64,000 nt of DNA from NCBI GenBank assembly GCA_965153285.1, contig OZ229111.1. One strand, 5' to 3'. This DNA comes from Podarcis tiliguerta (taxonomy: Eukaryota). The notes beneath the pieces are model-generated. The model searched no databases. It had not been told where the DNA came from and saw only the letters and a list, made by a program, of their open reading frames with translations. The position numbers and the translations under genes were made by a program. Below are positions 52,039 to 64,000 of the stretch, one piece after another. Each line of letters begins with the position of its first letter. The stretch's first letter is position 1.

Positions 52039-53014
52039 GATATTAGCAGGGGGGAAATGTGCATCCACATGCTGCAAAACAACAACAACAACCTTCACAT
52101 GCTGATTTCTGCAGATAAAGCTGCCATTACAAGGGACAGCAGCAGATCCGGCCAATTCCTTGTGGTCAGTTGGCAACCCTAATGGTGAGTGTTTTGCAGA
52201 ACCAGCCCAGTTCATAACTTAAGTCTACAATTAGCTGTAGAGTCCCTTGCTTTTAATAGTTTCATGGAAGAAGAGAGATGCGTACCCACCTATGCTGGCC
52301 CAAGAAGGAGTTAAAAACAAGATCTAAGGCATTTTAAATGCTAGACTTGGGGGGGGGGGGCTATAATTATGGAGGTTTAAAAGCCTGTTTGCTTCTGAAA
52401 GAGCGGTTCCGGTCTCTTGTGTAATATTAAATGTGGCTTCTCTTCTCTAATTACATGTATTGTTAAACATAGCTTTCCCAGGTAATAATATCGGGTTTAT
52501 TATTACTCTCTGGGAAAGAAATCCAGCAAGACAAATGTATTTAAATATTAAGAAGGGGGTTACAAGCACTAAGGAATCCGATACTTCCCCCTGTGGTCTG
52601 GTACAGAGGCTCCTTTCCCTAATCAGCACATTCCCTTTTAAGTTTGGATTCTGGGCTCCACATGGATCTCACCCTGCAGAGAGAGAGATGCAACTGGAAG
52701 AGGTTACAACCAGCGCCCAAGCCATTTTTTCTGGGCTCAGCACAAAGCTTGCCCCACATGCCCCAAAGTCCTTGTCCTTTTTCAAAAATGGGAGGGTTGG
52801 GTGAGGTTCTTCAAGTGCTTTGGTTCCCTCTGTTTAAGCTCTTTCTCCTGCTTAGTTTTGGTTTTGTAGCCAGAAATGCAGGGACAGCCTTTTAATGAGG
52901 CAAAAGGAAGCAGTCTGCTTCAGCAGCAAGAGCCACAGGGGAGCGGGGGCGGGGGAAGGGCATGATCAAACCCTCAATGCACTGCCACCTGCTGCTGCGG
53001 CTGCAAGAGAACAA

Positions 53015-53152
53015 GTGATAGCAGCTTCTAGGTTCTGGTAAGATCCTATTGGAAGCCACAGCAGCTTCTCCTCGCTTGTCCCACCACCAGAGAAGCGAGG
53101 AGAAGCGGCAGCTTTCGGCAAGATCTTTCCAGAACCCAGAAGCTGCCGTCGC
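53015..53152. repeat. Long imperfect inverted repeat (hairpin)
   Basis: 53021-53045 vs 53122-53146 (23/25) and a perfect 14-bp inner stem 53064-53077 / 53093-53106. Confidence 0.88.
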
Positions 53153-54785
53153 CACCACAGATGCGGTGGAGCAGCACCTTTCTGTTTAGCTTCAGGCGCT
53201 GAAACGGGATGGGCAGCCCCTGCAGAAATGGCACCACAGCATTAAGCATACCTTGCATCGTTGTCCCACCACCAATCTCCAGGCTCTGAGCTTTCTACCC
53301 CTGGGGATTCCCCCCCCCCCATGCCTCCCACCACTCCTAGACATCCAGCCATGACACACCAAGGGCGTCCATGTTGGTGCACTAGTAACTAGTGTGCTAG
53401 TGGAGGAAGAAGGGGCATTATCCTAACGCAGCTCCTCCCACTCCCACCCGCTCCAGACTGCTCATTGGTTCATTCTTGCCTTGCCTGGTTACAAATACTT
53501 CCAGGTCAGACCTGAATCTTTACATGTGCAACAGCCAGGCACCATCTCTGCTTTGGTTTTGATCCCACCTGCCTCCTCCCTCCACGCTTCCCTCCTCCCA
53601 ATCTGCCAGCTTGCCCTTCAGCACCCTCATTCTAGCTCGGCTTCCCCTCCCTTCAAATGACATGCCTCTGAAGGTTCTCCTCCTGTTGACGTTCTCCAGA
53701 ACTTAATCCAACTTTGGTCCTAGTCCTGCCGGCACTCACGCTTCATGTCTCTGTGCTGACACCCATCCACAAAGGAGTACAGATGTAAGCCTACCCATTA
53801 GAGTGGGTGGGTTCGCCCCACGCAGAAGGTGCACAGGAGCTATGAGATACCATTGACATTGACTGCCACCCGTCTACTCATGATGAAACTGCCTGACAGG
53901 AGAATGGGGGCCACATTGTGCAGCGACAGGATCTTGCTGCAGCCTTTCTCCAACAACTCCACATCCCACCAGACAAGTCAATTTGCCACTCGGCATGAGA
54001 AAACACACATCAGTATCGTCGCTACATTTGGAAGCACTACTTTGCTCCGAGCTAGGTCCTCTGCACGTACCTTTCTCACATGCTTCTGCCCTCTGATTGA
54101 GTCACACTGTGTCCTGGACAGCAGAGGTTGATCTGTGGGGGGTTGGTGGCTTGGCAGCTTTGCCTTTGGGCAGCAGGTTGGAGTAGATGGACTTTGGTTC
54201 CTTCCAACTCTATGGTTCTATAAAGCAGGAAGTAATGGGACGCGTGGATAGGAAGTCGGCAAGAAACAGCAAGTGGATTTTTCTACCCTACTCTTTGGCA
54301 CTCTTGCCACAAGCTCGCTAAAACACTAACAGAAGATACCAACAAGTTGTGCATTTATTTTATTTAAAAAGTAGGAGTCAGCTACTCACTGGGTTTATGC
54401 ACGACCACTGTAACACACACACAAACTATCAAGGTAGGGACTGCAAGGACAGATTTCTTTTCTCACAAGGTGTGAGAGTAGAAATTTCACACGTAGGGGT
54501 GGAAGGAGGAGAAGGTATCCCAGATTTTCAGGGGTGGAGGACGTTTCTCACATTACTGTTTAGTGCAGTGATGGGGAATCTGTTGCCCTTCAGTTGCTGT
54601 TGGACTCTAACACCCATCAGTTCCAAACACAAGTGCTAGAGACGATGTGAGCTGTTGTCCAGCAATATATGGAGGGACACAGGTTGTAGGACCCTGATTC
54701 AGGGCTCAAGGGACAAATGGACAGCACAGGAAGTTGTCATACATACTAGTCATGGCCTTCCTGGTGGCAAGTCTAACCTGATGCA

Positions 54786-54786
<1 letters not shown>

Positions 54787-54824
<38 letters not shown>
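54787..54824. repeat. (TG)n microsatellite
   Basis: About 19 perfect units. Confidence 0.95.
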
Positions 54825-54825
<1 letters not shown>

Positions 54826-56500
54826 CATCATTTCCATTCAGCACAGGATTAGGAAAGATGGAATGGATTCAGATTTCAGTGTCAGATCCGTAGGGGTCAC
54901 AAAAGATTTGGGGATGGGTGTGTGGGTGTGTGTTTGGCAGTGCATGAGAATTCTCAGAGGACATCTACGCTACTGTCTTAGCTGTGCTGCACCAATGGCT
55001 GTTGTAACTTTCCAAACTTTGTAACAGCCACAGCTCTATGTAGTTCTATGAGATAGCTGCAGACCTTTCACAAAGAACAGGCACAACTACAATTCCCAAG
55101 GTTTTTAGGAGATGCCACAAGAGTTGCCCTACTTCTGTGAGCGACTCAAACCAGTTATGCAAGTCTGAAACTAAGGCTGAAGTACTGTACTGAACTTGCC
55201 AGTGGATAACCCCAATGAACTCAATGGGACGTGCATCTTAGAAAGCAGCTCTGGACTGGCTGCACATTGCAGAGAAAGATAGTGGCGGCCAAGCTGTTCT
55301 TTCAGCCATTGCTGATCTCCTCAATGAGGAACTCCTGATACATTTTTGAAAGAACACCTGAAGCAAAGGACTAGTGAAAGGATGGGAAACCTGTAGATCA
55401 CCAAATGCTGTTGGACTCCCAGCTCCCATCAGGCCCAGCCAGCATGCTCAGTGCTCAAGGATGATGGGACTTGCATCTGGAGGACAACAGGCTCCTCATC
55501 CCTGGACTAAATGGTCCTCCGCTGCATTCCAGCCCCTCTAATTCTGCCAGGAAAGTTGCTAGGGAATTAGGAGGTTTCTGCCTGCTAATACCACTAGAAG
55601 CATTCTGAATTATGACAAAGGCTCTCCTGTGTGTTATTCAAGCACCAGCAGCTTGAATGTGTGGATTGCTTTTGCACCAGGAAATCTTCAGAAAGGAAAC
55701 AAATACAATCAAATAATAGGATGAGTTAGAAAACCAACAGGAGGAAATTGCTCTCGGGGAATCGCTCACTGTCACAGGACTATTTGCTTTAAAAGTGCTT
55801 AGATAGCAGAATGTGCCATCCCTGAGACCCAAGCGCTCTGGTTGCCATTTAGTGATTAATCTTGCAGCAGTTGTGGGTTAAGAGCAATATAAAGCATCCC
55901 TAAATCTTCCGCCAACCGTCAGCTGGAGATGAAGTGGGGGGATGCATTCTCAGGGAAATACTTGGTAACTAATAAGGTTCACTGTTTAAGAATCTTTAGA
56001 GATTAAGGCTTACAACTAAGTTAGGCTGCTTAGGAAGGCTGGAGGTTCACATTGAAAGTAGTGAGCACACACTTAATGAAAATGAAAGTACATGTGGTCA
56101 CATCCCAAACCGGCTGTGGGATTCAACGACTAGGAAGAAGAGTAATTTCTTTGAAATCTCATTGCATTTATTTTCTTATCCCCGAGATGATATTAGTGCC
56201 AGTAATAATTTCTGAATGACTGAAGGTTCCACATGTGGGGAGGGATGACAACAAACCAATATGAAAAGCTTGCAGCAAACAGTCAAGCATTGCATGGGAA
56301 GAGTGTGAGTGATCCGCTGAGCACACTGCATTTGTTCAAATGTAAGCTAAAGCTCTTGCAGATGACATTGTGCATTAGCACAAATTACCCACCACATGTC
56401 CACAGCTACATCTGGCAGGTTGGGGGCACTTATGTACCACTGCATTATTCAGCAGGAAGTCATGATTTGACAGCAGGAGGGAGGCAGTAGTAGCAACTAG

Positions 56501-56715
56501 GGGGCAGATCTACACCATAGATATAATAAAGCATATTCAATGCATATTTAAAGCACATGACTTCCCCCTAAAGAACCTTGGGAAGTGCAGTTTCTCCTTC
56601 ACAGAGTTACCATTTCCAACATCCTTAACAAACTACAGTTGCCATAATTTTGGAGGGAAGTCATGTGCTTTAAATATGCACTGAATATGCTTTAAATGAT
56701 GGTGTGGATCTGCCC
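56501..56715. mobile_element. PIF/Harbinger-like MITE with ~65-bp imperfect TIRs
   Basis: GGGCAGATCTACACCAT...GCATATTTAAAGCACATGACTTCCC / GGGAAGTCATGTGCTTTAAATATGC...ATGGTGTGGATCTGCCC; TAG flanks. Confidence 0.8.
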
Positions 56716-57575
56716 TAGAAGTAATCATCCAGCACCAAAGTAAGGGTGAGCAACATGTGGGAGGTTGTTTTTTCATTATCTCTGTGAGATACCTCTGATT
56801 ATTTTACATCTGTATCAAACCATTCCTCCAAGCAAGTCGGGGAATTAGCCCATTTTATTCTCACACCAACCCTGCAAGGTAGGGCTAGGCTGAGTGTTGG
56901 TCACCCGCCCAAGGTTATCCAATGTGCTTTGCAGCAACTGCCTATTGAATCACAGCAGGGTTAATATTCCTTTGCCTTCATGGCACATTTTCATTCGGTT
57001 TCTCACCCAGGGCAACAACAGCTCCTGGCAGGAGCTTATCCCGTTTGCAGAGCAGTTTGGGGTGTATCGCCAACTCGTTACCCCTTTCTATGCTGGTGCA
57101 AACTAACACACAGCATTTTGCGGAAAGGGGGAAAATGCTTTTAATTTGGTCCAAGAAAAAACTTGCTGTGCTGTCTCCTTTGGGAGGGTATGGAATTAAA
57201 ACGACACCTATGCATATAGCTATCTCTATAGGAGTACGGATAATCTGCAGAATCACACTGAGCTCACCCACTGGTTCAAAAGCAAAGCTATTCAGGCTCC
57301 ATCCTATGCACACCTACCTAGAAGTAACCCCCACTCAAGTGAGCCGTGCTTACTCCCGTGTAAACAGGCCCGGGATCTTGCTGCAGAGGGGCTACTTTGG
57401 GAACTCCAATGATGGGGGGAAACCTCATTTTCTTCCCACTTTCTCTTCCTAGAAAGAATCAAACTTCCCCGCCCTTTAATTCCGAAGTTTATTTTTAAAT
57501 AGCTTGATCCGATTAAAGTCAACTGGGAACGGAGGGGGAGGCGGGGAGGGGGGAGAGACATCAAATGAAACTCAC

Positions 57576-57698
57576 GTCCTCCGTAGCCATAGGCAGGACA
57601 TCCTCGGATTCCAGGACCTCGATCGCTTCTGCTTCCGAGCAGGCGGCCACCGCGGGAGAAGGGTTTGCACGGCTTGGCTCCGGCAACCTGTCTCCCAT
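57576..57698 (-). CDS. Likely first coding exon of an unidentified minus-strand gene (MGDRLPEPSRANPSPAVAACSEAEAIEVLESEDVLPMATED, phase 0)
   Basis: Kozak AGCATGG, 41 open codons, donor GAC|GTGAGT, located at the downstream edge of the CpG island. Confidence 0.6.
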
Positions 57699-58825
57699 GC
57701 TTGGAAGCAGCCAACTCCCTGGTCGACCCCCACCCCACCCCCGATCTGCCCCCCTCTCTCTGCCCTTCCTCTCAGTCGCTCCTCTTTCGGCGAGGGGGGT
57801 GGGGGCTGGAGGAAGAAAAGCAATCTCGGAGGTGTTTGGCAAACTTTCAAAGCCGCCAATGCAGCCTGGCCCCTTCCTCTTCCATGCTGGCTCCTGCAGC
57901 CAGAGACCGGGTGGGTGTTGTTGCGTGGGTAGAATTTTTTTTTGCCCCCCTCCTTAAGGGAAAAACCCCTCGAGAGATGAGAGGCGTCCTGTAACCGGCA
58001 TGCTGGTGCTGATGTAGCTTCGATCCAACTGCACAGGCCAAGGGGAGCCGGACCTTTCGAAACCTTTTAGGCGCGCGCCCTAAACTTGGCCAAACTTTTG
58101 CGCCTCCCGCCCTGCTAGTCCACGCGAGGTGAGCGCTCACCCGCGAGCCCTCCCGGTTACTCTTCCTCAGCCCCTTTTGGTCATTGAGCTCCCGCTGCTG
58201 CTGCTGCCGCCTTAGTCCCACTAGGAGCCGCGCCACGCCACGCGGGGAGGCGCCTGCCCTTCTTCTGTGGCAGCGTCGCAGACATCGCGCTCATCCCGCG
58301 GATGGAGGAGAGGTGCCTCCTCCTCCTGGTCATGGAAGTGGGGGGCTTCCCTGCTGCTGCTGCTTCCTCATGAGGCCGGAGGAAGCCCCCTCCCGGCTTG
58401 CAATTCCTGCGGGATTAAAACCATCGAGCGCCAAAAGGTTTCATGCGTGGTGGTGGTTTTTTTTGGGGGGGGCGGGGAGCGATGCTTGCAGGAGCAAGGA
58501 AAGTCGCGATCCAGCGGCGGGTCGGTCGAGCTTGCCTGGGATCCCCCCTCGCGTTGCAAGCCCAGATGAGCCTGCAAAAGGGAGGAGAAGAGGGGGAAGC
58601 CGGCGCGCCGCAGGGGCCACAACTTCGCGGGAAAGCTCTGCAGCCGAAAGGCGTGGGGAACGCGCCACGACTGCTTTAAGGGCCAGTAGGAACCCGCGTC
58701 CACGCGCCCCGGGCCAGCCGCGTCGCCTTGGCGCTTTCCGAAGAGACGGCAAGGGCGCGCGCGGGCGCTGCGAAGAAGAGCGCCTTCTTCTTCTTCCCTT
58801 CGGGTGACCTTGCCAAGGGAGGTCG

Positions 58826-58832
58826 CTTTATA
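58826..58832 (-). promoter_or_regulatory. TATA box (TATAAAG); predicted TSS near 58802-58805
   Basis: Isolated consensus TATA in GC-rich context with an Inr-like TCA about 27 nt downstream. Confidence 0.55.
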
Positions 58833-59530
58833 GGGGGCGATTCTCCGGCGTCGCCAAGCCCAGGATCGCAACGGCCCCCCCACCTCCGGCCAGCCGCCAG
58901 ACCCCCTTCGTGGGACGGTGGCGCAGAAGAAGCGTCGGTGGCCGGCGTCTCCAGGAGCTGGTGGCAGGGACGCCAACTCAGTGGATCCAGCGGCAACTCT
59001 GCCTCGAGCGGTGGAGAGGGAGGGAGAGAGAGCAGCGATCGGCTCCTTGCCAGGGCAGAGCAGGGATGACGGTGAGCTTTGCAGCCTAGCTAGAAACTGC
59101 GCGCCGAGATGGCTGCGGGTCTAGAAGAGCACGTGGGTCCCCCGCTCAGGCCGGGGGCGGCCTGTTGGGAGCGAGAGCAGCGCCTTCCCCTTCCTAAGGC
59201 TGCCTCCAGGAGCGGGCGCTGGGCACTTCGCGCCCGGGATTCCTCCAAGATGCGGACGTGTTGGCTGTGCAAACGGGAGGATTTGCGCCAGGATCAGAGG
59301 GATGGGACGGGACGCCGCGCCCTTCCAGGCCCCGAGCCCAGGCTCGGTCTTTCTTTCCCCCACTTCCCTTCCTCCTCTTTTCCACCTTGCGCCAAAGCAG
59401 CCGAGCTCGGGGTAGGGGGGGGGGCGGCCCAAAGTGATTTATGACGAGGAAGATCCCGAAGTTCTCCCACGCCGCCGCCGTTTTGGAGTTCTGCACCTGG
59501 CGTGGGAGTCGCGCTTGGAGTTTCGAGAAA

Positions 59531-59604
59531 GGGCGGGATCTTATTTCGCATAGTCCCGCCCCCTTGTTTACATAGGGAGAATGACGCGTTGCGGAGCGCA
59601 CGTG
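59531..59604. promoter_or_regulatory. Motif cluster: GC boxes, forkhead site, half-CRE, E-box
   Basis: GGGCGG 59531, CCGCCC 59556, TGTTTAC 59565-59571, TGACG 59582, CACGTG 59599-59604 (another CACGTG at 59130-59135). Confidence 0.45.
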
Positions 59605-59860
59605 GTCAATGCGCCAGCAGCGAGGCGTCCCGAGGCGATTATGCCTCTGGCTTATGCGAGGGTTTTCCTATAGAAGGGGCCGGGTGACGCGGGAGGGATT
59701 GGGGGTGGGGTGGAAGGTTGCTTGATTTGAGAACAACTGCAGCCGTCTGGCATTCCTGCAGCCCGGCCATTCCACTAATCCTTATCATTCATCTGTATAA
59801 ATTATTTCATACAGGATTGCCAGCTGACCTGCTCCTGTGCCTTTAGCACCAGCTCGAGAT

Positions 59861-60184
59861 AGGTAAAAGTAAAAGGACCCCTGACCATTAGGTCCAGTCG
59901 TGGATGACTCTGGGATTGTGGCGTTCATCTCGCTTTATTGGCTGAGGGAGCCGGCGGCGTACAGCTTCCAGGACATGTGGCCAGCATGACTAAGCCGCTT
60001 CTGGCGAACCAGAGCAGCGCACAGAAATGCCGTTTACCTTCCTGCCGGAGCGGTACCTATTTATCTTTGACGTGCTTTCGAACTGCTAGGTTGGCAGGAG
60101 CAACGGGACCGAGCAACGGGAGCCGCCGACATTCTGATCAGCAAGTCCTAGGCTCTGTGGTTTAACCCACAGCGCCACCCACGT
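59861..60184 (-). mobile_element. Sauria SINE, subfamily C, with internal deletions
   Basis: Tail, core and head recognisable. Confidence 0.9.
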
Positions 60185-61205
60185 AGAAGCAGCTAATTGC
60201 CTTATACAGTACCAAGTATAGATAGCCCTCTATTGCCTCTACTACACGGACTGGCATAAGAGACCAATGGAACCATTGACTGTTTGAAGCAAACACACAA
60301 CTTCTTCTAAACTGCCTCCCCATTCTCATGTTTTGATTTAATTACCAAGAGAGCTAGAAACTCGTTCTGTTTATACAACAAAGGACTGTATCCCTGAAGC
60401 AGCCGCCCCTTTCTAAGCTAGAAAAAGTTGGTTCTGTTATGACACAGCAAACGTGTTGATGTAGTGTTATAGATTCCGTGTTTGCTTATATAGAGACACA
60501 TTTCCATCAGTTCCTCTCACTGCTTTTTTTAATAAAAAAACTGGTTGACAGTTTTTTGTTTTTTTAAAAAAAAAATTGAGCTAGTGCGTACAAAGCAGTG
60601 CAGCTAGTTTAACTGGAGGTGGAGAGATCAGCAATCTAATTTCTATTCCTTCTCTCTCTCACACACACACTTTTTTATCACTGTTTAGCTGAGCAGAGAA
60701 AAACAGATGGCAACCTGCTATTACTAATGATTTTTTAAAAAGTCTCCAACCTTTGTCTTGTCGCTTCATATTATAATTTTCACAGCAACTTCAAAATCCC
60801 AACTCACAGTAATTTGCTCCCATTTTGATATCAGCTGTTAAATCCATTTGGCACCTGGATTATAAATTTGAGGGATGCACCGACTGTGCTGAGAATAAAA
60901 GCCCTCTGGTTTATGAATTGGCATTAGCACATTGCCAAATTGGGGTGTGTGTTATATCTGTGTATGAACTGAATTGCTTTCTTTCTTCAGTTAGGAATTC
61001 TTGATCTAAACCTTCCTTAGTCATATACCGTTGACTAAGGATAAGGATACCATATAATTCCAAAACAATGTTTGACAATCAACTCTCTTTTCTGTGTTTC
61101 AAATGGAATTTAAGTTCAAGAACTGTAGTTAGGAAACATTTTTGGTGGCTGTGCAGCTAAGCCTACAGGAACCAGTAGACTCTGGCAAACCATTTGCTCT
61201 AAGAA

Positions 61206-61206
<1 letters not shown>

Positions 61207-61244
<38 letters not shown>
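61207..61244. repeat. (TATC)n microsatellite
   Basis: About 9 units. Confidence 0.95.
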
Positions 61245-61289
61245 GCACTGGCAGAATGATCACCTCAGCTCGACATTGAATTCTACCTA

Positions 61290-61516
61290 CAGTGGTACCT
61301 CGGGTTACATATGCTTCAGGTTACATACGCTTCAGGTTACAGACTCCACTAACCCAGGAATAGTACCTCGGGTTAAGAACTTTGCTTCAGGATGAGAACA
61401 GAAATCATGCTCCGGCGGCGCGGCGGCAGTGGGAAGCCCCATTAGCTAAAGTAACAGCGGAGTCTGTAACCTGAAGCGTACGTAACCTGAAGCATATGTA
61501 ACCCGAGGTACCACTG
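61290..61516. mobile_element. Tc1/mariner MITE, family 1 variant with ~58-bp TIRs
   Basis: Right end is the reverse complement of the left end; TA flanks. Confidence 0.92.
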
Positions 61517-62999
61517 TAATTAGAATAGGATACCCTCCACCTGGCACCTTAAAGATAAAAAGTAACTACTCCAAGTAAATTTACCGAGGGAAAGAGCTCC
61601 CATAGCATAGACATTGCAAAGGCAACCACTTCAGCCCAGAAGGCAGAGACACAGAAAAAGGCTGTTGGGCAGAATCTGAATTGGTGACCATGTGAAGGAA
61701 GATGGTCCTTTGGATAACCTGGGCTTATATCCCCCATTTGGAGCATTGAAGGTCAGCTCCTGTTAGCAATCTGCATCAAAGCAAGTGTTTAATGCACACA
61801 TACAGTGATCTACCCTGGATGTTACAACAACTGTGGCCTGATCATTTCTTCCCGAGTAAAGCTGGGACACCAGGAAAAAAAACTGTGAAAGGCACCGGGA
61901 GCTACAGATGCTACCTGCTTATCTAGCAAGCAGAAGGCTGGATCTAAGAACAGCCCCTCACTATTGCGTTCACGTGAAACACTTTCATTTATGGCATGGG
62001 CGGGGAACCTCAGTTAGGAAAAAGCAAAAAAGAGGACACATTTGACGACTTGTACTTTTAGCTATGGATCACTACGACACTCATTTTAAATTACCCCTGC
62101 TATATGTAGGCTGTAGAAGCTTGGAGATATTGCTAGTAGCAACGTTCTTAACTTTCAACAACAAAAGAATAATAATACATATTTTGCTTCCTCGCTTGCC
62201 ACATGAAAGTATTTGGGATGTTCACATTTTTGCGAATGTAAGTGTGCGCACAACAATTTAGTAAACTGTTTTAATTAATGTCCAATCCATTAATGAAAAA
62301 CGGCATGGGTGGGAGCGTGATGCATCAGAATTTTAAAATTGTTTTAATTTTTTTAAAAATATTGGTTACTGTAAACAAACAACAAAAACAAATAACAACA
62401 AAACCCAGGGCATTTTGCCAAATTTTAAAAAATCCACCTGGACAGAAATTTAAATCCTGAAAAAGAGGGCGTGTTCTGGAAAAAGAGGACATATGGCAAC
62501 TCTATGTGGCCTGGGGACAAAATATGGCCCTCCAAGCTTCTATCTGTCCCTCAGGACTCTTCCCCAGGCCATGCTCCTCCCTGCCCTTACCTCATATCCT
62601 CTGAGTATTTTTGCCTGCCTGGGATGTGTCCTTTAACTCGCATAATGCATCTTGCTTGCCTGGATGGAAGATAGAGCAGAGTATGTAAATGTGTGCAGAG
62701 ACCAGCCTACTGCAGAAAGGTAAAAATTGCATTATTAGCCCCACCCACATTTTTCTCTGGCCCTGCCCACCAACAGCATGTGACCCCCCAGAAGGTTGCT
62801 CAGAAAGAATCAAGGCCCTTGGACTAGACACTGTTCCCCACCTTTGATTTATGGCATCTAAGCCAGAGTATCTTCACTTTGTCAGAATCTGTGGTGTTTT
62901 TACCAAGCTCAAAAGAGTAACCTGCATATTTCTCATAATCTGATTAAAAAATAATAATAATTCAGCGACACAATATTTCCTTATGTCAACAGATGAATA

Positions 63000-63241
63000 G
63001 AGTAGTACCTTGGTACTCAAATGGCTTGGCTCCCAAACAAATTGGCTCCCAAATGCCGCAAACCCAGAAGTAAGTGTTCTGGTTTGTGAACATTTTTCAG
63101 AAGCCAAACGTCCAGTTCAGCTTCTGATTTGAGTGCAGGAAGCTCGTGCAGCCAATTGGAAGCCGTGCCTTGTTTTCAAACTGTTTCGGGAGTCGGACGG
63201 ACTCCCAGAACGAATTAAGTTTGAGAAACAAGGTACCACTG
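63000..63241. mobile_element. Older Tc1/mariner MITE
   Basis: TA-(G)AGTAGTACCTTG ... CAAGGTACCACTG-TA; right end resembles family 1. Confidence 0.75.
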
Positions 63242-64000
63242 TACAGTATTATTTAAATAACAAACAAACCATAAATATCTGCTCCTCTACAGTACAAATT
63301 CACAGTCAACAGCTCTGATAATTTAAGCAAAGAATCTTGAGAGATGAGTGAGCAAGGGCCTTGCTACTATTAATGTCTAAGGAAAAAAATCACACCATTT
63401 TAATTAAAAGGTTTTGCTACAAGCATACAATGAGCTTCTAAGCTTTTGAAAACCTCTTGATTTGTACAGCCCTCGTTTTCTCTCCTTTCACATCCTCCTT
63501 GGCAGTTCAGCTTTGTAAAACAATAATTGACAGATACGAGTGGGGCACATTAGACGGTTAACACGTGGGCAGTTCATTTCCATGAACTAACAGAGGGTGC
63601 CTTGAAAATACGAGCCAAGTTCTGCCTTAACAACAGTCATTTAAATAGCAACATTTATTATTATTCTGAGAGGACCGTGGATTCCAATCTAATCCCGTAA
63701 TGCAAAAAAAGGTCAGTTAATGAATATGTAGGGACGAGCCCAAGGGGAGGGGGCCGACCAGCATCTGTCGAGCAAACAGCCTAGCGGAGGTCAGAGTGCT
63801 AGATGGCTCCAAAATGAAAACACTGACTAAAGAGGTGCTCAGGTGGGGTCTGTTTGATTTGATTCTGCAGCGTGCTTGCTGCTTATTCCCCTAAGCAATG
63901 AGACGTTCCAAGGGGAAGCACCGACTCCCCACTCCCAATATTGTTTTATTTACAAATACTGAAGCAGAGTGGAGACAAACAGAAGGGGTTTCCATGAGGC

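Larger units (their letters stand above)
57500..59700. promoter_or_regulatory. CpG island promoter
   Basis: About 2.2 kb of GC-rich, CpG-dense, TE-free sequence against a CpG-depleted background. Confidence 0.92.

Noticed and set aside
58184-58976. Long ORFs (207 aa +, 202 aa -) in the CpG island
   Set aside because: Non-ATG starts, low-complexity R/G/P/A content, and overlap in several frames, as expected from stop-codon scarcity at high GC.

Overview
Vertebrate genomic DNA, almost certainly from a lacertid lizard (inferred from Sauria SINEs, Squam3-type SINEs, tRNA-head/CR1-tail SINEs, squamate CR1/L2/RTE LINE ends and hAT, Tc1-mariner and Harbinger MITEs). Most of the window looks like the long 5' intronic region of an unidentified minus-strand gene. 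Its CpG-island promoter lies at about 57.5-59.7 kb (TATA at 58826-58832), with a likely first coding exon at 57576-57698 and candidate alternative first exons near 39.3, 30.5 and 4.6 kb. No downstream common exon was recognised, so no gene symbol is given. Almost all ORFs in the supplied track are spurious or TE-derived. The most interesting object is a 758-bp LTR-like insertion (17468-18225) nested in a mariner-type MITE and bounded by AAG. It reads as a self-contained unit: CCAAT/TATA-like promoter, an ENE-like (triple-helix type) U-rich RNA element, a Sox-Oct composite motif, a long-range stem, a degenerate hammerhead-like fold and AATAAA. Other notable items: tRNA-Ile SINE heads with a GAT anticodon (possible fossil of inosine editing), a chain of ATGA-linked uORFs, a ~50-bp target duplication around an RTE end, a 28-bp palindrome at a CR1 5' junction, and a MITE whose right end is an inverted left end. 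Coordinates were read by eye, so boundaries of old repeats are approximate, and family names come from recalled consensus features rather than database searches.
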